Shown one piece after another: positions 10,478 to 21,345 of a stretch of 32,709 nucleotides of DNA. How positions within the stretch are numbered: the stretch's first letter is position 1; every line of letters begins with the position of its first letter. The notes below the pieces were generated by a model. It had not been told where the DNA came from, did no database searches, and was given only the letters and a program-made list of their open reading frames with translations. The position numbers and the translations under genes were made by a program. Source of the DNA: Thelocarpon superellum (Eukaryota); contig JAPEUG010000182.1 in NCBI GenBank assembly GCA_026025795.1, positions 1-32,709 on the forward strand. The letters are read 5' to 3'.

Positions 10478-11833
10478 TTTGCTAGTGTAACTTTACTTTG
10501 CAAGTACGATCGGTGCGTAGGTATGGTAGGTGTAGAGCAGAGCTTGCGGAGCTTGAAGCATCGAAGCAAGTCACGGCTGATGCTCATTGAGAGAGTGGCG
10601 ACGCAGGAAGAATACGGGTAGAAATATGACCTACACGGTCCGAGCACTGGCACTGTGCGATGCCGCGGAGATACGGGCCGGACTAGGACGCGAGTTGGCG
10701 CGCTTTGCGAGGATATGTAGCTCTGGGGAGGCCTGCCAAGCCTCTACCACCGTCACCGTCACTAGCTGGGACTTAGTTAGCTGCCGCCGTACCTAGCTTC
10801 AAGTAACATAGTTATTGCGGGCCCCTGATCCGCGGTACAAGTATAGTACTCCCGTACGAGAGCTCCAGCGCCCAAGCTGACGTGCATACTTGACGGCCAA
10901 TTTGATCGTGATGGCGTTCCACCAGGCCACTCTATCATATGCGATCACATCGCCCCGGTTCGAGATCTACAAGTTCCCGTTCTCACGATAACACCGCAGC
11001 GAGCCAGCGTGGTCCACACCCCACCGCCCTTTTGAGTTCGGCACGGCTCACCCGCGTTCACGTTCGAGGTCAAGTCCGGTGTGATTGAACCACGCCGCCG
11101 GAACCGAAGGCTCATGCACGTCGAGGTCGAGGTGCGACGCACCTCGCCACCATCCCCGGCGACGTTCGACCTTCGTCTCTACCCAGCGCTCGGCCGACTG
11201 TGACCATTCACGATGATGTGGCGGCTGGTGCGTCGAATCGGAGGACTTCCACTCTAGTGATGCAGCGGTGCCGATTGCCGTTGCCGGCGCCCCAGTTCCG
11301 CCGAAGCCGCAGCTGAACCTGCACCCTTTTGATTTTGCCTGGCCCCGGCGCTTATGCAGGGGAGGAGACGATGCAGGAAGCCATCTCTGGCAGCACACAA
11401 CATCCCGTCGTGACCGACATGGGGGTAAGGAGACGCAGAACAAGGGGAGTGGAGCATAAGTGGGGCGGGGAAATAAGTGGGTGCCCCCATCTGCCGGTGC
11501 GGCCTCTTTCATACCATTCCCAGACCCGCGAGTCTCCGCATCTTCTCCGCCATACTGAAGCATCCATCATGGTCTCGTGTGCGATGTGAGATGTGTGCTC
11601 GGGTCGTGTGAGGCTTTCAGTTTCCAGGTCTCTTCTCGTCTCTTCTCGTCTCTGTCCTCTGATCTGCCTCTTCTTCACCGCCTAATCCACGGCAGCGGGC
11701 GCCAAAAGCAAGCGAAAGCTGTATTGGGTGCCGCCGTGACATAGGTGAGCCCCCCCCCCTCCTCACCTCCGCACCACCAATCGAGATACTAGCAGTAGAC
11801 TGATGACGGAGCAAACAGCAAGTTGCAACGAAA

Positions 11834-12415
11834 ATGAACAACAAGCGGCGCGTGTTTGTCTCGGTGTACGAGTACGCCTCGACGTCGACGTCGTCGACCT
11901 CCTCGTTCGAGGAAGAGCGGCAGCGCCTTCGCCACGCTATTTACCGCTGGGCCATCATGGTGGTGCCAAAAGACACCAAGGGGCGGCGCTGCCACATGTA
12001 CGAGCTCGTACCCAAGGCGCCCCTGTCCTCGTCCGCCTCGTCCGCGCCGCCGCAGATCGACCAGCCTCCAGACCACAACGCCGCCTTCACCTTCCGCGCC
12101 ACCAAGCACGTCGATCTGCGCACGGACCCGCGCCTCCTCCGCATGGTCCTGATCGGGAAACTGCCGGGCGGCGTGCTCTACAGCGAGCTCGAGGACCTGC
12201 TGGCCGCCCTTCCGACGCCGCAGCACGACAAGGTGCCGGAGCGGAACAACGTCAGTTGGACCGTCGCTGCTATTCTGGCCCTGCAGGGCGCCGGGTACGC
12301 GGACGAGTTCGACGTCAATGACCTGATGGCCTTCGCTCTCAAGGCTGCCGATGAGAAGAGGCAGTTTCCGGACTCGGTCGGCATGCTGCTGAACTATACT
12401 ACTCGCCCTTTATAA
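11834..12415 (+). CDS. Uncharacterised 193-aa fungal protein, DUF6914/DUF6540-like
   Basis: Intronless ORF with strong GC3 bias. Layout NKRRVFVSVY...YRWAIMVVPK...LLRMVLIGKL...LEDLLAALP...NNVSWTVAAILALQGAG recalls these fungal families (from memory, not searched). Confidence 0.7.
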   Translation: MNNKRRVFVSVYEYASTSTSSTSSFEEERQRLRHAIYRWAIMVVPKDTKGRRCHMYELVPKAPLSSSASSAPPQIDQPPDHNAAFTFRATKHVDLRTDPRLLRMVLIGKLPGGVLYSELEDLLAALPTPQHDKVPERNNVSWTVAAILALQGAGYADEFDVNDLMAFALKAADEKRQFPDSVGMLLNYTTRPL

Positions 12416-12637
12416 CAGGCTGGCGTTGACTTGAGTTGATACTTGTCTTGTCCGGTGCGTGGTACGCGGATCGTGCAGGCTGATTGATGGATGGTCAGAT
12501 GGCTGGATGGATATATGGAGGAAGCGTAGGAGTAGGACGCATGCACTCAGATGTCAAGATATCGTCATCGTTCGCTTTACACACAGCGGCGAGGATCAAG
12601 TCCCTCACGTGGTCATGAAACCGCCATCCCCTCCCAC

Positions 12638-14805
12638 CTAGACCGCCTTGGTTTTCTCAAGCTTCCTCCGCTTGGCTCGCAGGGCCTCGGCCGCGTCGTC
12701 CTTCTTGCGATTCGAGTACAGCATCTTTTCCAGAATCTTGCGCTTCTTGCGGCTCATCATCATCTTCTGGCGCGAGAGTTCTTCCTCCTCTTCCTGTCGT
12801 TTTCGTGCCGCTGCTGTCTTCTTCTTTGCTGCTGTCGAGGCCGTCGGTGCCGTTGGTGGGGCTTGGCCCATCGCTTCGGCCTCCAGCTCCCGTTGGTGTG
12901 CCGTGTCATCGTCATCTGATTCCCTGGCCATTTCGTCGCCCAGACCGCCCCATGCATCGACGCCTGCCACCTCCTTGCCACCTTGGACAACGTCAGACTC
13001 GTCTTCATCTTCCTCGTCCTCGTCTTCCTCGTCCTCCTCTTCATCTGCCTCGAGCTCCTCGTCTTCCCCTTCTTCCCCTTCTTCCCCTTCTTCCCCTTCT
13101 TCGTTATCCTCAACCTCCTCGGCCTCGCCTTCTCGTTCCTGCTCGGCAAGCGGCGCGGTGGGGTCATACTGTCCCTTGGACGGCTTCACCCAAGGACTGA
13201 GATGAGGGGGAAGCTCGGCTCCTGGTGCGTACAGATCAGGTCGGAGTATCCGGCCCTCATTGACGCAATCCCAGACCCACTGTGGCTGAATGTAGATCCG
13301 CCCAGGGACTCTGGCTTGGGTGCTCACGGCTGAGATCGTATTCGATGCGTGGCCGTCGGCCGATGCCGGGCCATTTTCCGCGATGGCACCCATGGGCAGA
13401 CTAGGTCGGTCGACGACTTGATGGGTGATGGACGGGTCATGCTCGTCCTGAGTAAAGGACCCGTCACCGAGCACCGTGTCCCATCCGATGCGCTTGCAGC
13501 CAAAGGCACGAAGGAGGAACTCGAGCGGTTGGCGAGGAGTTTCGCGAGAAAGGTAGACAACGAAGGGGGCGAACAGGTGCGTGGCCGATTCCGACGCCAT
13601 GGCTGGTTGAAGTAGCACGTCGGCGTCTGGCGCCACTGGAGCGTCGAAAGTGTCGATGCTAGTATTGACGGCATTCTCGGGGGCCTCCTGGTCGTTCAGC
13701 TCAGGATCCCTCTCCTGCTCAGTCGCCGCAATCTCCCGGACCATGGACTCGAGATGAGAATCGGTCCGCGTCACACCCACGGCAGAGCCGTGGCCATTGG
13801 TCGCCACGGATGGCGTGAGACCGTCGACGGCCATGACGGCCTCGGACGACGATTGTATGAGGAAACCTGACACACCGCGGCTTTCGAGGATGATTGCACG
13901 TAGATCGCCGCCACGCTCATCACTGACCGCATTGAATTTGGGGGGGTAGATCAGGCCGAGGGACTTGTAGAGTCGACAGTTCACAAAGTTCACCAGAGCG
14001 GTGTACAGCTCAACAAAAGTACCCATGATGCGAAAGTCCACGTCGCCCGTGACCTTTTGGACGAAGCGGTAGGGGACCAGCCATAAGATGTCTTGACCTT
14101 GCACCGTGGCTTGGTAGTAGATGCCCTTGATCGAGAGGAAAGATTTGCGCAAGGAGTGTGACATGATCAGGTAGTGTTGGAACTCGAGGCAGAGACGCTG
14201 GCAGAGGTCAATGGTCTTGGGCGGAACGGTGGTGGTCGACGGCAGGTTGGCGAAGAGGAACAACATCGAGAGCGCGTCGTCCAGATCTCGCAGCGCATCG
14301 ACAAAGGTGGGATATCTTTCTTTGATAACGTGGGCCAGCGACAGGCGAGGCGCATGGTTCTTCTCTAGCCGGGCGGCATCCGTCACGTCGCCGCGACCCA
14401 GGGCGCGAGACAGTTTCTTCTGCAGGGTCTTGTGCTCTCGGAACTTTTGCAGGAGGGGCTCGTGGAGCAGGTATTGGATATCTTTGGTGTAATAGAAGGT
14501 CGTTGATTGCGTGGAAGATTTGGAGGCCTTTTTCTTGTTCCGAGGTTCACGGGGATAGATTCCTGGGGTAGTTCGTCAGGAGGGGAGATGGAAGAGCCGT
14601 GACAATTGACCACGTACCCTTGAAGATGCACAGTCGTCGAAAGTCGGGAAGGGAGATCTGAAGCTTGCGCACGGCTTGGGTCCGCGTGATGAAGTTTTTG
14701 GCTTGGCCCGCCGTGCCTGTTCGACATCAGTATGAGACTATGAGATGGTGGGGCCACGAGAAGTGGGGTGCCAGCAGCCGTACCCTTCTTCTTGACCTTT
14801 CCCAT
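12638..14805 (-). CDS. NOP7: Pescadillo/Nop7 ribosome biogenesis factor; 3 exons (14805-14784, 14716-~14618, 14562-12638)
   Basis: [65 protein letters not shown], a BRCT region (SRETP...ITHQVVDRP...[12 protein letters not shown]) and LPPHLSPW, then an acidic tract and MMSRKKRK. Confidence 0.97.
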
Positions 14806-15182
14806 GCTGGAGGATGGACGAGACAATTCCTAGACTGAACATGCGGGTAGTGATGGGAGATTGGACCTTGCTTTGCTGGGTCTTGGTCCTACCCGCTCGT
14901 GGCGAGGATGGGTGGGGAGAGTCAATCCGTTTCACACCGACTTTCCCAATTTTGGGGATTGGGAAAAAAGGTGAAGTTTTGCCGATAGGAAGCGACACGG
15001 CGGACTGAGAAATCCTGGGTGGCCCGTGCGCTTGACTTTGCCCGAGCCGACCCATTTGGCTCATTGTGGCCGCTGCACGATCTGGGGCCACCTCGTCCGA
15101 GCTCAGGACAGCTCCTGCTGCTGTTGCGGTCCCCTCCTCCCCATCTGCACCGTATGGAAGAGCTCTTGACGCGTCCAGGAAG

Positions 15183-16778
15183 ATGTCGATCGACCGACGA
15201 AAGGCCTCCCTATGGGGGGCTGCCGTTGCGGTCCGGCTACTCCTCTTCCTGGCCTTTCCCTCCCTCCCAGATCTGTTGACGGGACGTGCCGAGATCTCGA
15301 CTCCCGTCACCAGCTTCAAGAGATGTGAGCGCCCACCCTGACTCCAGCAACCTTCGGGTGGAGAGAAAGTTAAGCGGACAATCGTGCACAGTGCAGGAAG
15401 GGTTGTTCATGTACACACACAACGTGTCGCCCTACGATGGTGGAATCGTGCACCAGGTACGGCTGAGTTGATGTAACCCAGCCGTGCTCGTGACTGACGG
15501 GCGTGCCAGGCACCGCTCCTGCTCCCTCTCTTCGCGCTCTTGCCCAAACATCCGGTCGCGACCAACATCTTATACGTGGTCGTCGATCTGCTATGTGCCA
15601 ACGTCCTCGCCTCTCTAGCCGACTCGGGAGAGGCGGGCTCGTCGAGGCTCTTCACGTCGCCTCGGAGAGACACGCGATGGAGTAGCCTTGCGGTCAGCGC
15701 CGCGTAGGTCTGCAGCATCCCTCGTTGATGCACGGGTGCTGACCTGGCTTGCAGCTTTCTGTTTAACCCTTTTACCATTGCCACCTGCATTGCACGACCA
15801 ACCATCGTCTTCACCAATTGCGCCACCTTGTTTGCCGTCGAGCGCGCCGTCCGCGGTACCGTCCCCTGTCCTCTACGTGGAAGAAGCGACGAGCTGACGA
15901 GCCTAGGAACTCCCGTCACCTCCATGCTCGCGCTCGCCCTGGCCTCCTATCTTTCGCTGTACCCGATCCTCCTCCTCCCACCCCTGCTTTTGCTGGCCTA
16001 CGATCGCCAGAAGAGCCCTGAGACGTCACCGTCGCCAACACGCTTCGCAGTGGCAAATGTCTCCCTTTTGGCAATGGCCGTCTCCGCCTTGCTCGCCCTA
16101 TCATACGTCATCACCGGCGGATCGTGGGAATTCCTCTCATCGACCTACGGCGTGCTCCTGTTGCTACCCGATCTGACACCAAATGTCGGCCTGTGGTGGT
16201 ATTTCTTCATTGAGATGTTTGACTCCTTTCGCGAGTTTTTCCTCGGGGTCTTTTGGCTACATCTCGGAGGCTATGTCGGCGGCCTCTCCATCCGATTGAG
16301 GTAGGGAGTGAGACGTCTGCCATGGATGCCTCCCACGCTGACCCACCCGCTCGTCAGGAGACAGCCATTATTCGTCATCACCACGCTCGTGGGCTTGTTT
16401 GCCATCTTCAAACCCTACCCTAGCATCTCCGACACCTCGCTCTATCTCGCCCTCCTCCCCCTCTACCGACACGTGCTCCCGCGTAAGTCTGCCGACGAGA
16501 GCGAATGGCGCTGGATCCGACTGACGGTGGCGGTGACAGTGACGCGGTACACCTTCTTCACCATCTCCGCCCTGATGTATGCCACCTTGCTCGGCCCGGC
16601 CTTCTACTACCTCTGGATCTACGCCGGCTCCGGCAACGCCAACTTCTTCTACGCCATCACGTTGGTGTGGTGTCTGGGCCTATCCGTCGTCCTGGCCGAC
16701 TCCTTGTTTGCCGTGCTGCGAGACGAATGGGAGGTGGAGCGACCGGAGATGAGAGGGAAAGAGGTCAAGCAGGTGTAG
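15183..16778 (+). CDS. GAB1: GPI transamidase subunit Gab1/PIG-U; 7 exons
   Basis: RAEISTPVTSFKR|LQEGLFMY...SPYDGGIVHQ|APLLL, FLFNPFTIATC, DLTPNVGLWWYFFIEMFDSFR, FKPYPSISD and GSGNANFFYAITL. Introns at 15325-15391, 15457-15509, 15704-15754, 15856-15906, 16301-16357 and 16483-16539. Confidence 0.95.
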
Positions 16779-16784
16779 GCCATG

Positions 16785-17450
16785 TCACGGCCATCGGAGC
16801 GACTTGGAGAGGATCGTGTACGAGGGGAGCTGGACCCGGCCGCCGCGCAGCTTGCGTGGGCCCGGCGAGAATTCGTCGGTCGCATAGCCGAGTCGATGGT
16901 AGAAGTTCATGCCGCCCGTGTTGGCCACGAAGACCGTCAGCATGAGCTTCTCCACGCGCACCGCCCGCCCCACGTCTTCCATGATGCCCATGAGGTGCCG
17001 TCCCAAGCCGCAGCGGCGTAATGACGGCGCGAGGTGGATCTCGTAACAGTAGATGACTTCGTGGTCATCCTCGTAGGTGAGCATGAACGACATGAAGCCC
17101 TGGACCGCCTCAACATCCCCGCTCTCCGCTGCCCCCGGGGCCGTTGCTGCGGACAAGCTCGGCGATGGCGCCACGGTCACAAGAACATAGCGCAGGTCAG
17201 GCAAGCGCATCTCCTTCCGCTTGCCCGACGGCGACCACCCCACGCTCGAGTGCTCATAGAGCTCGCTACTGGTCTGTTCGATCAGGCTGAAGCAGCTCTC
17301 GAGAGCGGCCGCCGACAGCGTGGCGGCCGACTCGAGGCGAAGGGAATATGAGGTGCCCGAGACGGCGTCTCGGAACGGGGATAGGTTTGGCTGGTACTGC
17401 TTGATGAATTCCTCGAGGGGGAGAGCATTACCGCTCTCTATGATGCCCAT
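16785..17450 (-). CDS. NAT4: N-alpha-acetyltransferase 40 (NatD, histone H4/H2A N-terminal acetyltransferase)
   Basis: CFSLIEQTSSELYEHSSVGWSPSGKRKEM, VIYCYEIHL...RRCGLGRHLM, KLMLTVFVANTGGMNFYHRLGY, DEFSP and YTILSK match the GNAT Naa40 family. The first in-frame ATG is at 17450. Confidence 0.88.
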   Translation of the reverse strand: MGIIESGNALPLEEFIKQYQPNLSPFRDAVSGTSYSLRLESAATLSAAALESCFSLIEQTSSELYEHSSVGWSPSGKRKEMRLPDLRYVLVTVAPSPSLSAATAPGAAESGDVEAVQGFMSFMLTYEDDHEVIYCYEIHLAPSLRRCGLGRHLMGIMEDVGRAVRVEKLMLTVFVANTGGMNFYHRLGYATDEFSPGPRKLRGGRVQLPSYTILSKSLRWP

Positions 17451-17732
17451 GGTCGTTGGGTACAAGAAAAGATACGCCGTGGTTGCAGCGGGGATACTTG
17501 GCTCGTCCTTAACGGCCAAAGGCCCCCTCCCCTTCTGTCGGATATGGAGCGGTCGACATGTTCTGGACGGCCGCTCTGTTTGTTCGGCAGCTCGACCTCG
17601 CCTGTCTCGTCGAGGTCCGCCTTTGACCAGTCAGCGGCCCCGGCACAAGCAAGACCACGGTGAACCTGCCGACCCAACGCACGTCAGTCGACCTTTTGCC
17701 TGTCCACTGACGGCTCAGCTTTTTCCTCTTCA

Positions 17733-18281
17733 ATGAAAGTGAATGCACCTGTTCCACTCACACGAGCCTATGCGACCATCGGTCGTAGGTCCCAGACGGG
17801 CCCTACGCTCGGTCTCGATCACGTAAGAAGAATCTCCAATTCGCCGTCTTGCCGGGGCAGGCTTCCCTGATACGCCGGTCATGGCAGTTTCTCCAGCGAG
17901 GCAAAGCTCTCAGCTTATGGCGTGAGATTCTGCGGGCGACGAGCAGTATGGACTCCGACGCATGACGTCCTTTGTGGAGGAGTGGCATGTTCTGATCCTC
18001 ATGTCAGAGATCTCACTTCCTTCCACGCGCTCGGAGATGCAGCGGTATGCCCGGGAGGAGTTTGAGCGATGCCGCGACGTGACCGATATTGTACGGTGGC
18101 AAGTCACGATCCTCCTGATTAAGTGCTACTGACGCAAATTCTGGTGGCCCAGACAACGATTCGGTACCTGATCTCGGTATGTGTGACCACCGCGTTGGGC
18201 AGGACATACTGATGGACATCTCAGACCGGCAAGACTCAATTCGAGACAATGAGGAGATACATCGAGGAGCAGACTTTGTAG
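17733..18281 (+). CDS. LYR-motif protein (LYRM2-like), 103 aa; exons 17733-17822, 17888-17945, 18008-18090, 18153-18176, 18225-18281
   Basis: Not in the ORF track. Four GT-AG introns join MKVNAPVPLTRAYATIGRRSQTGPTLGLDH|FLQRGKALSLWREILRATS|KISLPSTRSEMQRYAREEFERCRDVTDI|TTIRYLIS|TGKTQFETMRRYIEEQTL*. It carries the LWR variant of LYR and the downstream R.EF motif. Confidence 0.9.
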
Positions 18282-18417
18282 GATGTTGAGATTGAGATCG
18301 TTCTCGCGGCGGACCGTAGCAATATTGATATTCTACACCGACGCCGGTAATGCCAATGCCAACTCCAACTGGTACCGTACACGCCGAGACGGCCATGTGT
18401 CTTCTGGCGACGATGGA

Positions 18418-18966
18418 TCATTGACCGCCGGACGGCTTACCACCTTGCCGCATGGCCTCGCGTCTCGCGCGAATCATCTTGTCTTCCTCGTCACGAGCCT
18501 CCAGCTCCTTGATCCACGCCAGGTTCTTCTCCTGTGCTTTCTTCTCCGACAACACGTCATTGAACTTTTTCCGTCGGTCCCGATCCGCTTGGTAGTAGAT
18601 GGAGCCAGCGACCATGGCCACGAGAGTGAAGCCTTGGGCGTAGATGCGCGCGCGGAACATGCGGTTGGTGGTTGCGTGGTCGCCGGCACGAATCGACCGA
18701 GCCGCGCCGAATAGTGCGTAGCATGTCAACGCACAGCCTGAGGACAAGTCAGCCAATCGAAAGGATGACCTACAGGGAAGTGGAACAGACCCAGTGGGAT
18801 CAGAGGCTCTTCAGTCAGTCGCCGCGAGAACTTCTGCCACCGGCTCTCCTCGTAGAAGTCGCTATGTGGGCCATTAGCGTGCTGACGAGGAGCCGCCGGC
18901 CCATGACCGTGGTAGAGCTACTGACGCATTATCGTCAAAGGACGAGGGCAACGGATCATTCGACAT
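18418..18966 (-). CDS. RCF1: Respiratory supercomplex factor 1 (HIG1 domain); exons 18966-18926, 18861-18791, 18737-18418
   Basis: [46 protein letters not shown]...[15 protein letters not shown]...[11 protein letters not shown]. Confidence 0.95.
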
Positions 18967-19955
18967 GCTGCAGAGCGCCTCCGATCTCCGGTATCAGGCC
19001 ATTGGGCGCTTCCGACCACCCTTTGATGCTCCACTTGAGCTCCACTTGAGCTTCACTAAAATGATGAGGTCACGGTATGGTCGCCGGGTAAGGCAGTGTG
19101 ATTGCGAGATCAGTCGAATCATCTTCGGCCGGCGTTTGTCTATTCGGACAGGTGCCATCACTCATGATGGATACGTTCTCACGCAGGGTACGAATGACGA
19201 TTGCATCGCCGCTGTTGATCTTCGTCGCGCGTTCCGACTTGTTATGAGACCGTTGCGTCAGAATAACCGCGTGACGCAATGAAGTCCAAGACGGGACGGC
19301 GGGTAGACACCCGTAACGTGACCAAGGCGCCCGGGGCCCAAGCTAATGCGGGAATTTCATGCCTTTCTTACCGTGGGCATCGGCGTCCTTTCGGGGATCC
19401 TTCCTTCGCTTCCACTGAGGTATTGTCCGGTATCGATTCGACGAGAGGAAGCTTTGCGGGCGGAGCCGCTCCAGCAAAGGTCCGAGCAAACATTCTCTCG
19501 CACCTCCGCCGCCGCCTCTCTGGCGCTCTGCTACGTTGATGGGCGCAACGCAGAACGCAATGGCAGCACCTATAGAATGCCTCCTGTCCAAACCTTGTGT
19601 GGCGACCCGCGAGGGTTATCTCCTTTGACCAGACGAATCGCACGAAGGACGAAGGGACGTGCTGGCTCGCCGCTGTGCCCGAGCTTGGTCCGCGGAACGC
19701 CGCACTTCCTAGACGGCACTATGATGGATCCTCGGTGCGCAGTATCCACGCACTCGATGGATGCTAGAAGACTGGCGAGCTGGATCTGCCTTTCCCCAGG
19801 CCCTAGCGTGGCGTGACGACTCGAAGTAGCTGTGGCCCGAGGTCGAGGTGCTCGAGTACGTCGTATATCACAGCTTCGCACTCACGCATCCTCTGACAGC
19901 TGGTCAGCACCCAGGACTTGCAGGCCACGCCGTTCCTTGTCATCGTGGATCCACC

Positions 19956-21202
19956 ATGGCGTTTACCGAGTCGCTCTTCCTGGTGCTGATGATGCTCTGC
20001 TCCGTGGGCCAACCCGCGTCGCGGCTCGCCCTGTTCGAGGTCTCGTCAGGAAGCTCCCCTTTGCCGGACCTGGCGCCACGGACGGGTACCACGCGCGACG
20101 GCATGTTTTGTCCCGGCCCTCTGTCGCGGAATCCCGCCGATTATCCAGTTGGAACGATCATCGCTGAATACCATAATTTCGTCGACTATTGTGCGGCTGC
20201 GCCTCATGGACCGGCCGGATATTGCCCTCACAGCCAGCCAAAACCATGGTTTCTTCCCCGTGCTGTCCCTGACTATTATCTTTGGTGGGAGCACGTCCGA
20301 TCCTGGGCCGGTCAACAGTGTATCCGGCAATGTCAGTGTGGCTATCTCCACAGCATGAGGAACCGCCAGGATGTTAGCGATGCCATGATTCGCTTTCTGC
20401 TCGAGATGTTGGGAGACTCGCGTGGAACCCATGCTGGCCCGGGTGGACAAGCTTTCGGGATGATGGGTGCGGAGCCCACCGGTGGTGGGCGGGGCACGGG
20501 CACGGGAGGCGACGACAGCAGTCGTGGAAGTGGAGTCTTCCACCCACCGAGGAGACGGGTACGTTGGTCACCGCCATGGCACCGATACGATGATTTGACG
20601 CGGGTCAGGGCTCGCTAACGTGCCCGGGCACCCTTCCGTCCAACCCCGCCGACTTTCCTCCCCAGGTGAATCCGAGTGGGCTGCAGGGGAACCTGACGGC
20701 ATATTGTACAAAGGTTGGGAGCTGTTTCGGCCCGCAACCCATCTTCGTCCCACCACGTCCGGAGCTGGACTACTTGCGCTTCATGACGGCAAATGCCACC
20801 CTTGCATGTGACGAATGCCGGTGCTTGCTCGAGTCCGATGGAAGTTCCACTTCGGAGCCAGTCGAATCGACCAACTTGCCCCTTCTCAAACCCTTCATCG
20901 CCGAGCTGAAGCAGGCAGAGAATGAAATGGTGGAGGGCCAAGGGGACCAGGGGCGAGCGGTCTTGGCGGCGACGCTCGGCAAGGTGTGCCACCGGCCCGA
21001 GGACTGTCCCGCGTCCCACTGTACGATCTGGGCCGAGACGGTCAATCCGGTCACTCATTTACGCCATACTCGTGGTCGATGTGGCCTTCCAAGACCGAGG
21101 AAGCGCGATGGGACGATTGACGTGAGCGTCCAATGTCTCTGCCAACACGGGCTTGGTCTGAGGTGGAGTGCCGAATGCTGTGAGCAAGAGCCTGCCCTGT
21201 GA
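19956..21202 (+). CDS. Secreted Cys-rich repeat protein, 398 aa; exons 19956-20558 and 20609-21202
   Basis: CCACCATGG start context and hydrophobic leader MAFTESLFLVLMMLCSVG. A 50-nt phase-0 intron (GTACGT...TTGAC...CAG) joins two ORFs of the track and restores a second copy of the CPG.L..NPAD(Y/F)P module. Confidence 0.8.
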
Positions 21203-21345
21203 GGAATGAGACAACTGGATATAGAAGAGCAAGTGAGACTGGTCTAGAGGAGCAAGTGAATTAGAGGTCAGATGGCGTGAAATGCCCCACGCCCGTCTCG
21301 TTATTGGAGTAGTCTGGTAGGGTTGCCGCTTGTGCGAGGTGGAGT

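Noticed and set aside
10478..11833. Possible tRNA or ncRNA around ggttcgaga (about 10957) and ORFs in this 1.35-kb gap
   Set aside because: No cloverleaf could be built, and the ORFs lack coding character.
12648..13333. Long antisense ORFs with poly-Ser or FPF repeats
   Set aside because: Shadows of the acidic (EGE)n and poly-E/D tract of NOP7. The same applies to antisense ORFs over SWC3, ILV1, FPGS and SAC1, which are expected with high GC3.
18967..19955. ORFs of 69-156 aa and an 11-bp duplication (tccacttgagc x2, about 19030-19051) between RCF1 and the Cys-rich gene
   Set aside because: No signal peptide, family motif or convincing exon chain; treated as promoter or intergenic DNA.
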